The position numbers and the translations under genes were made by a program. From NCBI RefSeq assembly GCF_001194135.2, contig NC_068983.1:122569834-122616279 (forward strand): a DNA stretch of 46,446 nt, read 5' to 3'. Under the pieces are notes generated by a model, which did no database searches, was not told where the DNA came from, and worked only from the letters and a program-made list of their open reading frames with translations. This document shows, piece after piece, positions 1 to 10,897 of the stretch. Every line of letters starts with the position of its first letter. Position 1 is the first letter of the stretch. The stretch is from Octopus bimaculoides (Eukaryota).

Positions 1-46
1 CACTATTTACATTTGATGGATATTTCTCCTCATCTTGTTTGTTGTT

Positions 47-92
47 AACACAATGTTTCAGCTGAAATATCCTCCAGCCTTCATCAGGTGTC
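47..92 (-). ncRNA. Minimal type-I hammerhead ribozyme motif (Penelope-type), copy A
   Basis: GACAC CTGATGA A GGCTG-loop-CAGCT GAAAC ATT GTGTT. Stem I GACAC/GTGTT and stem II GGCTG/CAGCT pair, and the core boxes CUGAUGA and GAAA are present. One substitution disrupts the AACGTT palindrome seen in copy B. Confidence 0.72.
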
Positions 93-177
93 TTGGGGAA
101 ATTTCGAACCTGGGTTCTCATTCCTAAGGTATTTTTCAGTGTTATTGTTGTTGTTGTTGTTATTATTGTTATTATTA

Positions 178-211
<34 letters not shown>

Positions 212-230
212 CATTATTATTATTATTCAA

Positions 231-301
231 GTCACTGCCTGGAATCGAACTCGGAATCTTGAGGTTAGTAACCCATGCTCTTAACCACTACGCCATATGC
301 C
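231..301 (-). pseudogene. tRNA-derived SINE head (Pol III A/B boxes), not a functional tRNA
   Basis: A box TGGCGTAGTGG, anticodon-like arm GGG-TTACTAA-CCT, B box GAGTTCGATTCC. The acceptor stem is poor and it runs directly into (AAT)n. Confidence 0.75.
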
Positions 302-400
302 CATGGGCTACTAATCCCAAGATTCCGAGTTCGATTTCAGGCAGTGACCTGTTAACAGCAAACAAGATGAGGACGAATATCCGTCAAATGTAAATAATGT
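302..400 (+). mobile_element. Inverted, internally deleted copy of the same SINE (3' half of the tRNA head fused to the tail)
   Basis: 302-348 is the reverse complement of 231-277 (43/47 by my count). 350-399 is the reverse complement of 1-50 (45/50). Confidence 0.85.
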
Positions 401-589
401 ATAAAGAATGTTATTGTTAATCTATACCCCCTTATCTTGGAAATGTTAGACATGAAAGCAATGGTGCTGGATTGGAGTGGTTGCCTTTCTTTGGAATGGG
501 ACACACAGAAGCATGCTTCCAAATGTCAAGATATTTTCCTGTAGGGAGTAAAAGATTGAAGAGTTTGATGAGTGTAGAAGCCTTGTTGT

Positions 590-1020
590 TGGTTTGAAGC
601 AGTTGAGATATATCTGTGCTTGGCTAGTGTATAAACAGGGTGGAAACTGCATTGGCGCAGAGGAAAGAATTACTGGAGATGTCATAGCCTCAGCTCATAT
701 CTATGCATTATCAGTCACAGCTTTCTCAGTCATCCACTCAGCAAATAATGGAGCACTGGCCAGTGGAATGCATCCTTTCCACAAAAAGTGGAATAACAGG
801 TGCTCTGATCAGGTCAGATGTGAACTGGGCACACAGGACAGTCAGGCAGTATTATGTGATGGAGGTATTCTACCCTTTCAGAATACTCAATCTAGATACA
901 ACCTGGAGAACCCGATGTGGTTCGTCTAAGTCCACACTGGCACATTCAGGAAATTCAGTCAGTATCTGTCAGACAATCAGAAACATCTGTTCTGTTTCGC
1001 AAGGCTTTTGTACAAGAATT
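590..1020 (+). pseudogene. Highly decayed Tx1/L1-like RT C-terminal (thumb) remnant
   Basis: The ORF translations (VIASAHIYALSV..; YPFRILNLDTTWR) weakly parallel the thumb region of the Tx1-like element at 31500-31800. Motif similarity only. Confidence 0.35.
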
Positions 1021-1199
1021 TGAAACCATGCATACATGGGGAAAAGAAAAATAGAAGAGCTCTAGAAGAGAGAGAAGAATCATTCATAAAAAAAAAATCT
1101 CCATTGCCAGATCACAAATTTGTCAGGAAAGAAGCCCAGATTAACACACCAAGTTATGAACGAAATTTTGTACTTATCAGTTAGCTTCACACAATTCAG

Positions 1200-1760
1200 A
1201 CCTGCACCCAAGATGGCGTTCTAGTTGCTCACTAGCACTAAAGAGTGGGATGTTCTCAGAAAAATCTTTGGATGCCTGAAGAAATCCAGTTTTTCTGCCC
1301 TTGTTGGAGCATAAGTAAATACTAGTCTTAAGGCACCTCAATCACTACTGCTGACATCTAGGATCACCAACTTACCTTCTGGGTCCAAGGAAGATGATCC
1401 ATATTGTGAGATTCAAACTTTTCTGAAATAACACAACAGCTATGCCTCCCAATCCCGGTTGATTTGTGATAAGCAAATTTCATTTCCAATGAAATTGAGT
1501 TTGAAGGCTTGTGGATTAGAAACTCTGATCTTGCTGATGGTCACCACATCTATATTTAGTGACCTGAGGTCGTTGAGCAGGTGGCTCTGCTTCCAAGGTG
1601 ACCCCAGACCACATGCAGTCACACTTTCTGTTCTGAGAATAGCTATATTTGACAAAAGAAAATGAAAATGAAAAAAAAAAAAAAAAATCATTTTATTTCG
1701 GTAGAGAGACTAGTCCCTTTTCCTTCCATCTAGCTATGAGTGTTTCCACAAGCAGCTCTT
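1200..1760 (-). pseudogene. Tx1/L1-like LINE remnant: ORF1 end plus AP-endonuclease N-terminus
   Basis: ACGLGSPWKQSHLLNDLRSLNIDVV..LDPEGKLVILDV..LRLVFTYAP matches the APE at 29330-29650 (INAHGLGSKWKQTCLLNDL..FLDPEGRLVVLD..FRLVAVYAP). Multiple stops and frameshifts. Confidence 0.78.
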
Positions 1761-2399
1761 TATATTGTTTCTTTTTTTGCTTATATTTCCCCTGGAGTTT
1801 CTCATTTCTTTAGGGTATTTATTTTTTTAATATTGTTGCAATACTAGAATGATTTTTTATGTGTGCTGGAATGCCATTTGTTAATGTGCTGCATTTATTG
1901 TGTGTGATGCTTGTTTTTGCATTGCTGGTCGCTTAGATTTTTATTGTTTGTGTTTATTCTTTTTATTCTTAGTGCTGGAAGATGTATTCTTGCTGTTGGT
2001 GTGGTGGTGTTGTTCTTGTGCTTGTGATGATGGCGTTTGAGATAACAATGGTAATGGAGATGATGGTGTTGATAGTGCTGGTGTAGCTGCTATTGGGTGT
2101 GGTATTAGTATATTGTTGCTTAAAGGCACCTCCCTTATTTGTTCGCATCTCTTAGTTTTTTGGTTGGCATATTTTTCTTTTTCTTTTTTTCATTTGTTAT
2201 TGTTTGCCATTTAGTGTTCTCCCGTCACCTTTACTACACGACATGTCTGTGTGATGTGAGTCAAGGAGCGGGCATGTTTTTAGGAGGTTTGTAGTATTTT
2301 TCTTTTGATATAATTGTTGTCTCCATTACTGTTGTTGCTGCTGTTGTCTGTTATGCTGTGGTCCTTGATGTATTTCTGTCGTTTTAGTTGCTATATATG

Positions 2400-2442
2400 T
2401 GTGTATGTATATATAAATATATACATATATATATATATATAT

Positions 2443-2498
<56 letters not shown>
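2400..2498. repeat. (TA)n microsatellite running into an assembly gap
   Basis: Seen directly. Confidence 0.95.
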
Positions 2499-2859
2499 NN
2501 NNNNNNNNNNNNNNNNNNNNNNNNNNNNNNNNNNNNNNNNNNNNNNNNNNNNNNNNNNNNNNNNNNNNNNNNNNNAATTAAATTGTGGAAAAATTGAATG
2601 AAATGTTTTTTTTAAAAATATATTTCCATAGTTTTCAAATGCAAGGAACATTTTCCTTTTTTCTGCCTTTACAAGAGTAAAAAGAAAAGACAGAGACAGG
2701 CAGAAAAACGGAAAATGTTCCTTGCATTTGAAAACTATGGAAATATATTTAAAAAAAAAACATTTCATTTCATTTTTCCACAATTTAATTGTTTTTCATG
2801 CTTAATTCTAAGTTGAAAAAGTCGCAATGATTGAAACCAGTACTAAAATGTGTCACTCC

Positions 2860-2932
2860 CTAACAGTGGAAGGAACCTGTGGAAGTGAGAGACCCAGGAA
2901 GGCATGGGATGAGGTAGTGAAGCATGACCTCT
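2860..2932 (+). mobile_element. RTE-like LINE extreme 3' coding fragment
   Basis: Translates GTCGSERPRKAWDEVVKHDL, the typical RTE C-terminal GRPRKxW motif. Confidence 0.55.
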
Positions 2933-2991
2933 GTGTCCTTGATACCGGGTCACAGCCAATTTCCTTAGATATCGAGGACCTTTTCTTACAA

Positions 2992-3085
2992 TACATGAAC
3001 TTCTAACTTGTTGTCTCTTGAGGTCTCTGGGTGAGACTTGGATCCAACTTGTACAAATGCAAAACAAAAGTCAAACATAAAATAA
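2992..3085 (+). mobile_element. 3' UTR fragment of a Dong/R4-like LINE ending in (AAT)n
   Basis: Near-identical to 23594-23690, which follows the Dong/R4-like ORF stop. Confidence 0.7.
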
Positions 3086-3096
3086 TAATAATAATA

Positions 3097-3545
3097 ATCC
3101 TTTCAACTAAAGGCACAAGGTCTGAAATTTTGGGGGACAGGGTTTGTTGATTACATCGATCCTATTGTTTCACTGGTACTTAATTTATTGACCTTGAAAG
3201 GATGAAAGGTAAAGTTGGCCCTGGTGGAATTTGTGCTTAGAATGTAAAGATAGATGAAATACCACTATGCATTTTGCCTGGCATGCTAACGATTCTGCCA
3301 GCTCGTTGCCTTAGTAGTAGTAGTAGTAGTAATAATGGTTTCAAATTTTGCCACAAGGGCAGCAATTTTGGGGGAGGAGATGAGTCGATTACATCGACAC
3401 CAGAGTTCAACTGGTACTTATTTTATCAACCCTGAAAGGATGAAAGGCAAAGTTGACCTCAACAGAATTTGAACTCAGAACGTAGCGATGGGCGAAATAC
3501 TGCTGAATCCAGTGTGCTAACGATTCTGCCAGCTCGCCACCTTAG
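3097..3545 (-). mobile_element. Two head-to-tail tRNA-derived SINEs separated by (AGT)/(AAT) repeats
   Basis: Each reads on minus GGCGAGCTGGCAGAATCG (A box)..GAGTTCAAATTC (B box), then central CTTTCATCCTTTC..AAGTACCAG (resembles the MetaSINE/Sauria-type central domain, from memory), then an (ATT)n tail. Confidence 0.85.
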
Positions 3546-3645
3546 TAGTAATAGTAGTAGTAGCAGTAGTAATTATTATTATCATTATTATTACTATTAT
3601 TATTATTATTCATGGTGTGCACGAATGTTTTACATTTGGATTCAG

Positions 3646-3800
3646 TGTCCTTGATACTGGGTCACAGCCAGTTTCCCTAGATATTGAGGACCTTTCTTAC
3701 AATACTTGCTGTTCCTAACAGAGCAGATTTCTAAATTAAAGCAACTCTTTTGTGACACCAATCTCAGTAAGGAAGCTGCTAAGTTTGTTGGTGATGTGCC
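3646..3800 (-). mobile_element. 3' end of a second Dong/R4-like (RLE) LINE; its last ~60 bp recur at 2933-2995
   Basis: Translates KLSSFLTEIGVTKEL..KSALLGTASIVRKVLNI*, the typical R4/Dong C-terminus. Confidence 0.65.
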
Positions 3801-4034
3801 TATTGTTATTTTTCTTTTTATCTTATTATTCTTTTTAAGGTGGTGAGCTGGAAGAATCATTAGCGGTATTTCACTCATCACGATGATTGACGAGTACTTT
3901 GTTTTATCAACTTCAAGGGATTAAAGGTAAAGTTGACTTGGGCTGGATTTGAACTCAGGACATGTTGTTCCGAAACAAATACTGCAAAGTATATTTTTCT
4001 GTGATATTCTAACAATCCACCATCCTTAAAAATC

Positions 4035-4455
4035 CTCTTTACTACAGGCACAAAGCATGAAAATTTAGGGGGAAGGGCTAGTTGATTACATCGACCCAGT
4101 GCTCAACTGGTACTTAATTCATCGTCCACCAAAAGATAAACGATAAGGCTAACCACGCGGAATTTGAATTCAGAGCGGAAAGCCGGAAGAAATTCCGCTA
4201 ATAATTTTCTCCGGCGTGCTAACGATTTTTATTTCTTTACTGCCCACAAGGGGCTACACACACACACACACAGAGGGCACAAACAAGGACAGAGAAACGG
4301 ATTAAGTCGATTATATCGACCCCAGCGCGTAACTGGTACTTATTTAATCAACCCCGAAAAGATGAAAGGAAAAGTCCACCTCGGCCGAATTTGAACTCAG
4401 AACGTAGCGGCAGACGAAATACCGCAAAGCATTTCGTCCGGCGGGCTAACGATTC
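4035..4455 (-). mobile_element. Two further tandem copies of the same tRNA-SINE family
   Basis: Same A/B boxes and central domain as 3097-3545. Confidence 0.85.
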
Positions 4456-5041
4456 TGCCAGCTCGCCGCCTTCCGCTATCCTTAATACTGACTGCATTTA
4501 GAATGTACCACCCAAAATCTGACATAAAAAGATTACATTTACAACGAATACAGTGGGCAGAGCCTTTACGACTAGAAATTATTATAAAATATCTGTAGTA
4601 AGAATATAAAAGCATTTTGTTAAAAACTGAAACCAACTAATACAAATAGCTACTAAAATAAATAAATAAATAAATAAATAAACAAAAAACTATTCTGCTT
4701 TCAAGAAAGTTAACGAAATACAAAACTGACTGAAATGACAGACTATTGTGAGAGGGAAAAATAAACAATAGAGATTGTGGAAGGGCTGAAAACTAAATTC
4801 AAAATTGGGTTATAGACTGTTATTCTAAAACGATGGCAAGAATAGCATTTGTATAGGAAATGCTAAAAAAAAAAAATGAACGGGGTGGAAATAGATAAAG
4901 AAAAATCACGGCACTAGTTATGAAGCTCAGGACTCTGAGATTAAAGGATATCTGATTGTAGTACAAGGTTCAAATTCAAAAGCATTTAATAAAATATTTC
5001 CTAAGGTTGTTGTAACTGTAGAATATATGAAGGTTGAGAAG

Positions 5042-6221
5042 TGTAGTGAAACTACCTATCGTCACTAGATACAAAACTACCTATCGCCATTAGATACAAT
5101 ACTACTATCGCCATTACATACAATCTTCTCATTTAAATATAAATAAATGCGAGCGTAGTAGAGAACCCATTCCTTGTCATCACGTGACTGATTATTATTC
5201 GAATCGGCAACTTCTTCGAACCGTTCCCGCCAGAACGCAAACTGACCAATCACAGCCCCTAATAAGGTCACGTGATAGAGTATTAAACTGAAGCATTCGG
5301 GAGCCAATAATTCGCCTTAAATAGATCAACTCATACCCAACAAATTTGTCTCGGTCCAGTTTCTTTTAGAGACTGTTCCGTGTACCACACGACAGCAACA
5401 GCAGCCAGCGACCACTTCAGCAGCTTCGTCCAGCCACGATGACCACCGCCGTCGCCACATCAGCAACAAGAGTCTACGACTACTATCCAGCATCATCGTC
5501 ATGACCAACACGATTACTACCAAGCAGCCTCTACACCACCAGCGTCAACACAACTTACTATGTACACCAAACCAAACCTCCGCGGCACACATCTCTCTCT
5601 TCGATTCTGTTAGGTGACTTAGCTTCACCACGATAATAAACAGACAAGAGATCTCAGCCTGCGATAAACGTCTGTCCCATCGAAGCCAAAACACAACTAG
5701 TGATCAGCTCTGCCAAACGACGAACATCTGTATAACAAGAATCACGGTCCGGCATGGATGTCACGACATCACAACTAGTGATCAACTCTGCCACACTCAG
5801 CCAACTCACTTCACATACAGATTCATATTATTGTGTACCCAAGAACTGGTATAATTGCTCACGTGTTATTGACTCTTTCTCTGCTGTAATATTTCACATA
5901 CACTTACATGTATCACTCACATACATACTTTTCTTTGTATGACGGCCTGTCTTTGATTATGTTCTTATATGTCGCATTCACACTCACACACAGACATACA
6001 TCTTTAACGCTACAATAAATATCTCTGTTATTCATCTTATACGGTTGTGGTCTTTCATTACTGGTCATCTATGTTATCGTCGTATAACATATCTTGTATA
6101 TCATCATATCTGATATATATATTTTGTGTTCGACCGTGTGACACGTTTAAATAAAAGGAGTCCTCTGTTTTTCCATTCGTCACCATTTCTCCTTTTTGAG
6201 TTCGCACGGTCGTACCTTACA
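5042..6221 (+). mobile_element. Solo LTR (family A, copy 1; probably Gypsy)
   Basis: TGTAGTGAA..CCTTACA termini, perfect 4-bp TSD GAAG/GAAG, CCAAT, TATA-like and AATAAA motifs in order. Homologous to 9652, 32586 and 39269. Confidence 0.85.
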
Positions 6222-6499
6222 GAAGAAACAGTTTATTACATTGTCTCCGATTAACTCAAGAATACATGTATATGCACGCAAGTGAGGCTTTAATGCAGTG
6301 GAGAATAAACCATTATGAAATACTAGAAGAGATCTCAGAGAACAAACAAAGCGACCATTTTTTGGAATGGGCCAGTTGTTGTCAAAGACAGTCAAGAAAG
6401 GAAGTACCTTTTGATCAATTTTAGTCCGACTTGATGAAGTTTTCTCTCATGAAACTGAGAAACTGTTCAACTGTCTCAAATAAAAGAGATCATAAATTG

Positions 6500-8581
6500 T
6501 GATAAAAGAGATCCGAAAACTAAAACTAAACCCGCAGAATAATTCTCATTCCAGTTCTCCTTCGTGATGTCTAATCCAACTTAAATCCCATACATCGCCT
6601 TTTACAAACACACAAACCACTCTCCAATTCCTTTCGGAGATCTTTCACTCTTTAACTATAGTATATTTCTACTGTGTAGGTTACACTCTTAAACCTCGCT
6701 CTTAAACCTCGCTCTTATTTTGCCACCCATCTCTCACATGTAGATATCAGCAACGACTTTCAATTACTCTAACTTTTTAAAGTCTCCTTCCCCAGTCCTC
6801 CAAATACATCTGCTGCTCTATGACTCTGAATTCTTCCAACCACCACCAGCTCCTCGAACATATCTTTCCTGCATCGAAGACATTTATCTCACTTCACTCC
6901 TGTCCGAAGACATCGTTGTCTGTGACACCGATGTTTACAACTCTTCTTGATTCTTACACACATCATACACTGGTGCAGCTGGAGCAGAAGTCGAATCTTT
7001 CACAGCTGCCAACTCTTAATATTGACCAGTCGCATCGTCTACATACATCCACCATCGAGACTTCAAACACTCCTGATCTCCTTGTCATCTTCAAATCCAA
7101 CTTCTACCAAACCATCACTGCCTCTTCGTCATCACCTCGTACAACCATTGCTTTATCACGACTACCACACCCCCACTTCGCTAATCCTATAGTTCAGCTG
7201 ACTGGTCGGGACTCCGCATGTCCTTTTCTAGCTCAGTATTTCTTCTAATACTTATATTGTGTCCTAAATTTATCCAATATCCTCACCAAACTTTTTAATC
7301 TCCCTCTCTCTCCCACTCTTTTTCCTGAGATATATCACACCCTTGGAAACACTCTATAGAGAGTTCCATTCTCAAGAAAGGCAACTTCTCTGGCCTCGCC
7401 AACTACCGCCTTATAATATTCCCTTTCAATAACTCAAAAGTGATGGATGTAACCATTAATAACGACTTTCTCCAACACTGAACAACATGTAACTAGAAGC
7501 GCACGATCACCTTAAATGCTCGGCCATTCCTAACAAAAGTACATAATCAACGTAGCATACAAAGCAATACAAGACTGGTTAGAGCCAGGAAATACTTCAG
7601 CTTCAAGAAACTGCTAACCCTCTACCAGTGGCGGCTCGTGTATAGGAACCGTGGAACTGCAGCATCTCCTGTTTCCCCTCGATATTATCGATTACATTCA
7701 ATATAATGAGTCCTTTTTTTCTTTAATTCTTACTTTATACTCGTACATTATATAATCATCAAGCTTAATGTCAGTAGCTATCCCCTAATTTATGAAAATA
7801 ATACAAAATTCCTTGTATAGAACTGTGCGCTTCACAGTTCCAGCGATGCGGTGTTTGGCTGTTGTGCGCATACTCACATCTCCGAGATAGGAAGCTTCAC
7901 GCTTGGGAGAGAGAGTACTGCGTGAACGACAGTGCCGACCCCGGTGTTCCGGTAAAAGGTAGTATTTCTTTTTGATTCCGCGTTTGTTGGGCTTAAAAAC
8001 GTGTTTATATTCTTGAATGTGATAAAGTGTAAAATTAAATTATTATCCTGCTTCCAGCTTCAGTGTTGCTGCCAGGATTTGAAAGATAGGGCACATTTCC
8101 CCCACCTTATTTTGTGATTAAGAGGGGATTTTTGAAAACCAAGGGGGAATTCGCGGCGGTGTTCAGTGAACAAATTAAACACACTATCCGGCATTGGCTA
8201 AAACGCGAACTGATCAAGTCTATGTATAAATTTTCTGTTTATATGTTTGTTTCATTTTACACAATATTAAAACAACGGCTAAAACTTTTCTGAAGCAGCA
8301 CTCCCATTAATTTTATCTACGATCCGCCACTGCCCTCTACAAACCCAGATTAGACCCGCAGTCGAACATTTGGAACATTGCTGCATCTATACAAACAGAT
8401 ATCTACAGAAAAGCCAGTNNNNNNNNNNNNNNNNNNNNNNNNNNNNNNNNNNNNNNNNNNNNNNNNNNNNNNNNNNNNNNNNNNNNNNNNNNNNNNNNNN
8501 NNNNNNNNNNNNNNNNNNNNNNNNNNNNNNNNNNNNNNNNNNNNNNNNNNNNNNNNNNNNNNNNNNNNNNNNNNNNNNNNN

Positions 8582-8641
<60 letters not shown>

Positions 8642-8880
8642 TTTTACCACCATGACTACAAATGATTCTTCTCAGAGTTGGCCGATCTCGTGACACCGCC
8701 TCTTAGACACTCCCAATTCACTCATTTCCTTTTCTCTCGTCACCCACATTGTATCCACTCTTCAGTCCACTCACTAATTAATTACAGCACCCTGTCCTCC
8801 ATACCCAGAACGTCGCCCCCTTGAAATTCCTTTCTTGCAGCCGTTGATTTAAAACTATTCAAAAGAAACGTTAACGGCGT
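6500..8880 (+). mobile_element. Decayed CR1/Jockey-group LINE (APE plus RT remnants), interrupted by a hAT MITE and a gap
   Basis: APE-like frame 6820-7248; KKGNFSGLANYRLI..SKVMDVTINN (RT domain 1/2) at ~7375-7470; VDLKLFKRNVN C-terminal motif at ~8845-8875. Confidence 0.65.
7626..8332 (+). mobile_element. Non-autonomous hAT-type MITE (copy 1)
   Basis: TIRs CAGTGGCGG..CCGCCACTG and perfect 8-bp TSD CCCTCTAC (7618-7625, 8333-8340). No transposase. Confidence 0.92.
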
Positions 8881-9651
8881 CGGTCTCGCCAGCCGGACTA
8901 ATGAATCTAACAAAACATTATTGCTCTTTTTTTATGACTTCAGCGAACAAATTATTTGCTGGTGCATGCTGATATCTACCGACCGATAATAATCGTCATG
9001 TGTTATTCACCACACACACGACAATTTATTATTATCAAAGAACTGTTAACCATAAATTTGGATTGTGCACTCAAGTAGAGTGTGGTTGCATGAAAGCCAT
9101 ACCATTAAAGTTTCAAACACTCCCCTCCAGAATAACCTGGAATCCTTCTGGATTGGGTGGGGTGGATGTGAACAAACATATAAACGTGATATTACGTAGC
9201 AAACCGCTCATCTGAAACCTAAAGTATCAGCAAAGACATTTTAATAATTGAAAAACTGAAGAATGAACATTCACCTGAGAGAGACCGGAAAGTTGACTCC
9301 TGGTCCAGGAATTTCACGTTCTACAGACAAGCCTTCATCAACCTGTTCCAAAAAAACAATGGATGGTAAGCTTGAAATATATTGTCTGGCAGTTGCACAT
9401 ACCACTTTATGCTAAGAACCAAGAAATCCATGTAGGCCTATAGTATTTCTAAATTCAAATTACATAAATCTTAGTTGAATAGAACGACTGATAATGTAGT
9501 GACTAATAAGTTAAACGGTGGGGGAATCCTCGGTGATGCTGAACGGCTTCTCACAGATTAAAACTGCTGTCAAAGAATCGAAATAGCGCTCGACTTCTAG
9601 TGGCAGTCAGAAATTCTCACTCACGACTTGAACGATATGTGTTTATATATA

Positions 9652-10875
9652 TGTAGTGAAACTACCTATCGTCACTAGATACAAACTACTATCGCCATTA
9701 CATACAATCTTCTCATTTAAATATAAATAAATGCGAGCGTAGTAGAGAACCCATTCCTTGTCATCACGTGACTGATTATTATTCGAATCGGCAACTTCTT
9801 CGAACCTTTCCCGCCAGAACGCAAACTGACCAATCACGGCCCCTAATAAGGTCACGTGATAGAGTAAAATTCTGAAGGCATTTGGAGCCCTCTTAACGCT
9901 ATATATAGATCAACTCATACCCCACAAATTTGTCTCGGTCCAGTTTCNNNNNNNNNNNNNNNNNNNNNNNNNNNNNNNNNNNNNNNNNNNNNNNNNNNNN
10001 NNNNNNNNNNNNNNNNNNNNNNNNNNNNNNNNNNNNNNNNNNNNNNNNNNNNNNNNNNNNNNNNNNNNNNNNNNNNNNNNNNNNNNNNNNNNNNNNNNNN
10101 NNNNNNNNNNNNNNNNNNNNNNNNNNNNNNNNNNNNNNNNNNNNNNNNNNNNNNNNNNNNNNNNNNNNNNNNNNNNNNNNNNNNNNNNNNNNNNNNNNNN
10201 NNNNNNNNNNNNNNNNNNNNNNNNNNNNNNNNNNNNNNNNNNNNNNNNNNNNNNNNNNNNNNNNNNNNNNNNNNNNNNNNNNNNNNNNNNNNNNNNNNNN
10301 NNNNNNNNNNNNNNNNNNNNNNNNNNNNNNNNNNNNNNNNNNNNNNNNNNNNNNNNNNNNNNNNNNNNNNNNNNNNNNNNNNNNNNNNNNNNNNNNNNNN
10401 NNNNNNNNNNNNNNNNNNNNNNNNNNNNNNNNNNNNNNNNNNNNNNNNNNNNNNNNNNNNNNNNNNNNNNNNNNNNNNNNNNNNNNNNNNNNNNNNNNNN
10501 NNNNNNNNNNNNNNNNNNNNNNTTATTGACTCTCTTTCTATCTGCTGTAAACACTCATACACACATGTATCACTCACATACACACTTTTCTTTGTATGAC
10601 GGCCTGTCTTTGATAATGTTCTTATATGTCGCATTCACACTCACACACAGACATACATCTTTAACGCTACAATAAATATCTCTGTTATTCATCTAATACG
10701 GTTGTGGTCTTTCATTACTGGTCATCTATGTTATCGTCGCATAACATATTATATATATCATCACCTGATATATTATTTTGTGTTCGACCGTGTGACGCGT
10801 TTAAATAAAAGGAGTCCTCTGTTTTTCCATTCGTCACCATTTCTCCTTTTTGAGTTCGCACGGTCGTCCCTTACA
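9652..10875 (+). mobile_element. Solo LTR (family A, copy 2; middle lies in an N gap)
   Basis: TGTAGTGAA..CCTTACA, TATA/TATA flanks, both ends near-identical to copy 1. Confidence 0.85.
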
Positions 10876-10897
10876 TATATATTATCATATGTGTATA

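Larger units (their letters stand above)
1..301 (-). mobile_element. tRNA-headed SINE-like element: tRNA-like head, (AAT)n, linker, hammerhead motif, tail (copy A)
   Basis: Minus strand reads GGCATATGGCGTAGTGGTTAAG (A box)..GAGTTCGATTCC (B box), (AAT)n, GAAAAATACCTTAGGAATGAGAACCCAGGTTCGAAATTTCCCCAAGACAC-CTGATGA..GAAA, then tail. The linker, hammerhead and tail recur at 18245-18385. Confidence 0.8.

Noticed and set aside
231-301. Functional tRNA (ACT anticodon)
   Set aside because: Poor acceptor stem, unusual anticodon and fusion to a repeat body indicate a SINE head.
5042-10875. LTR copies 1 and 2 as the two ends of one retrotransposon
   Set aside because: Each has its own 4-bp TSD, and the interval holds a LINE remnant and a MITE, with no PBS, gag or pol.
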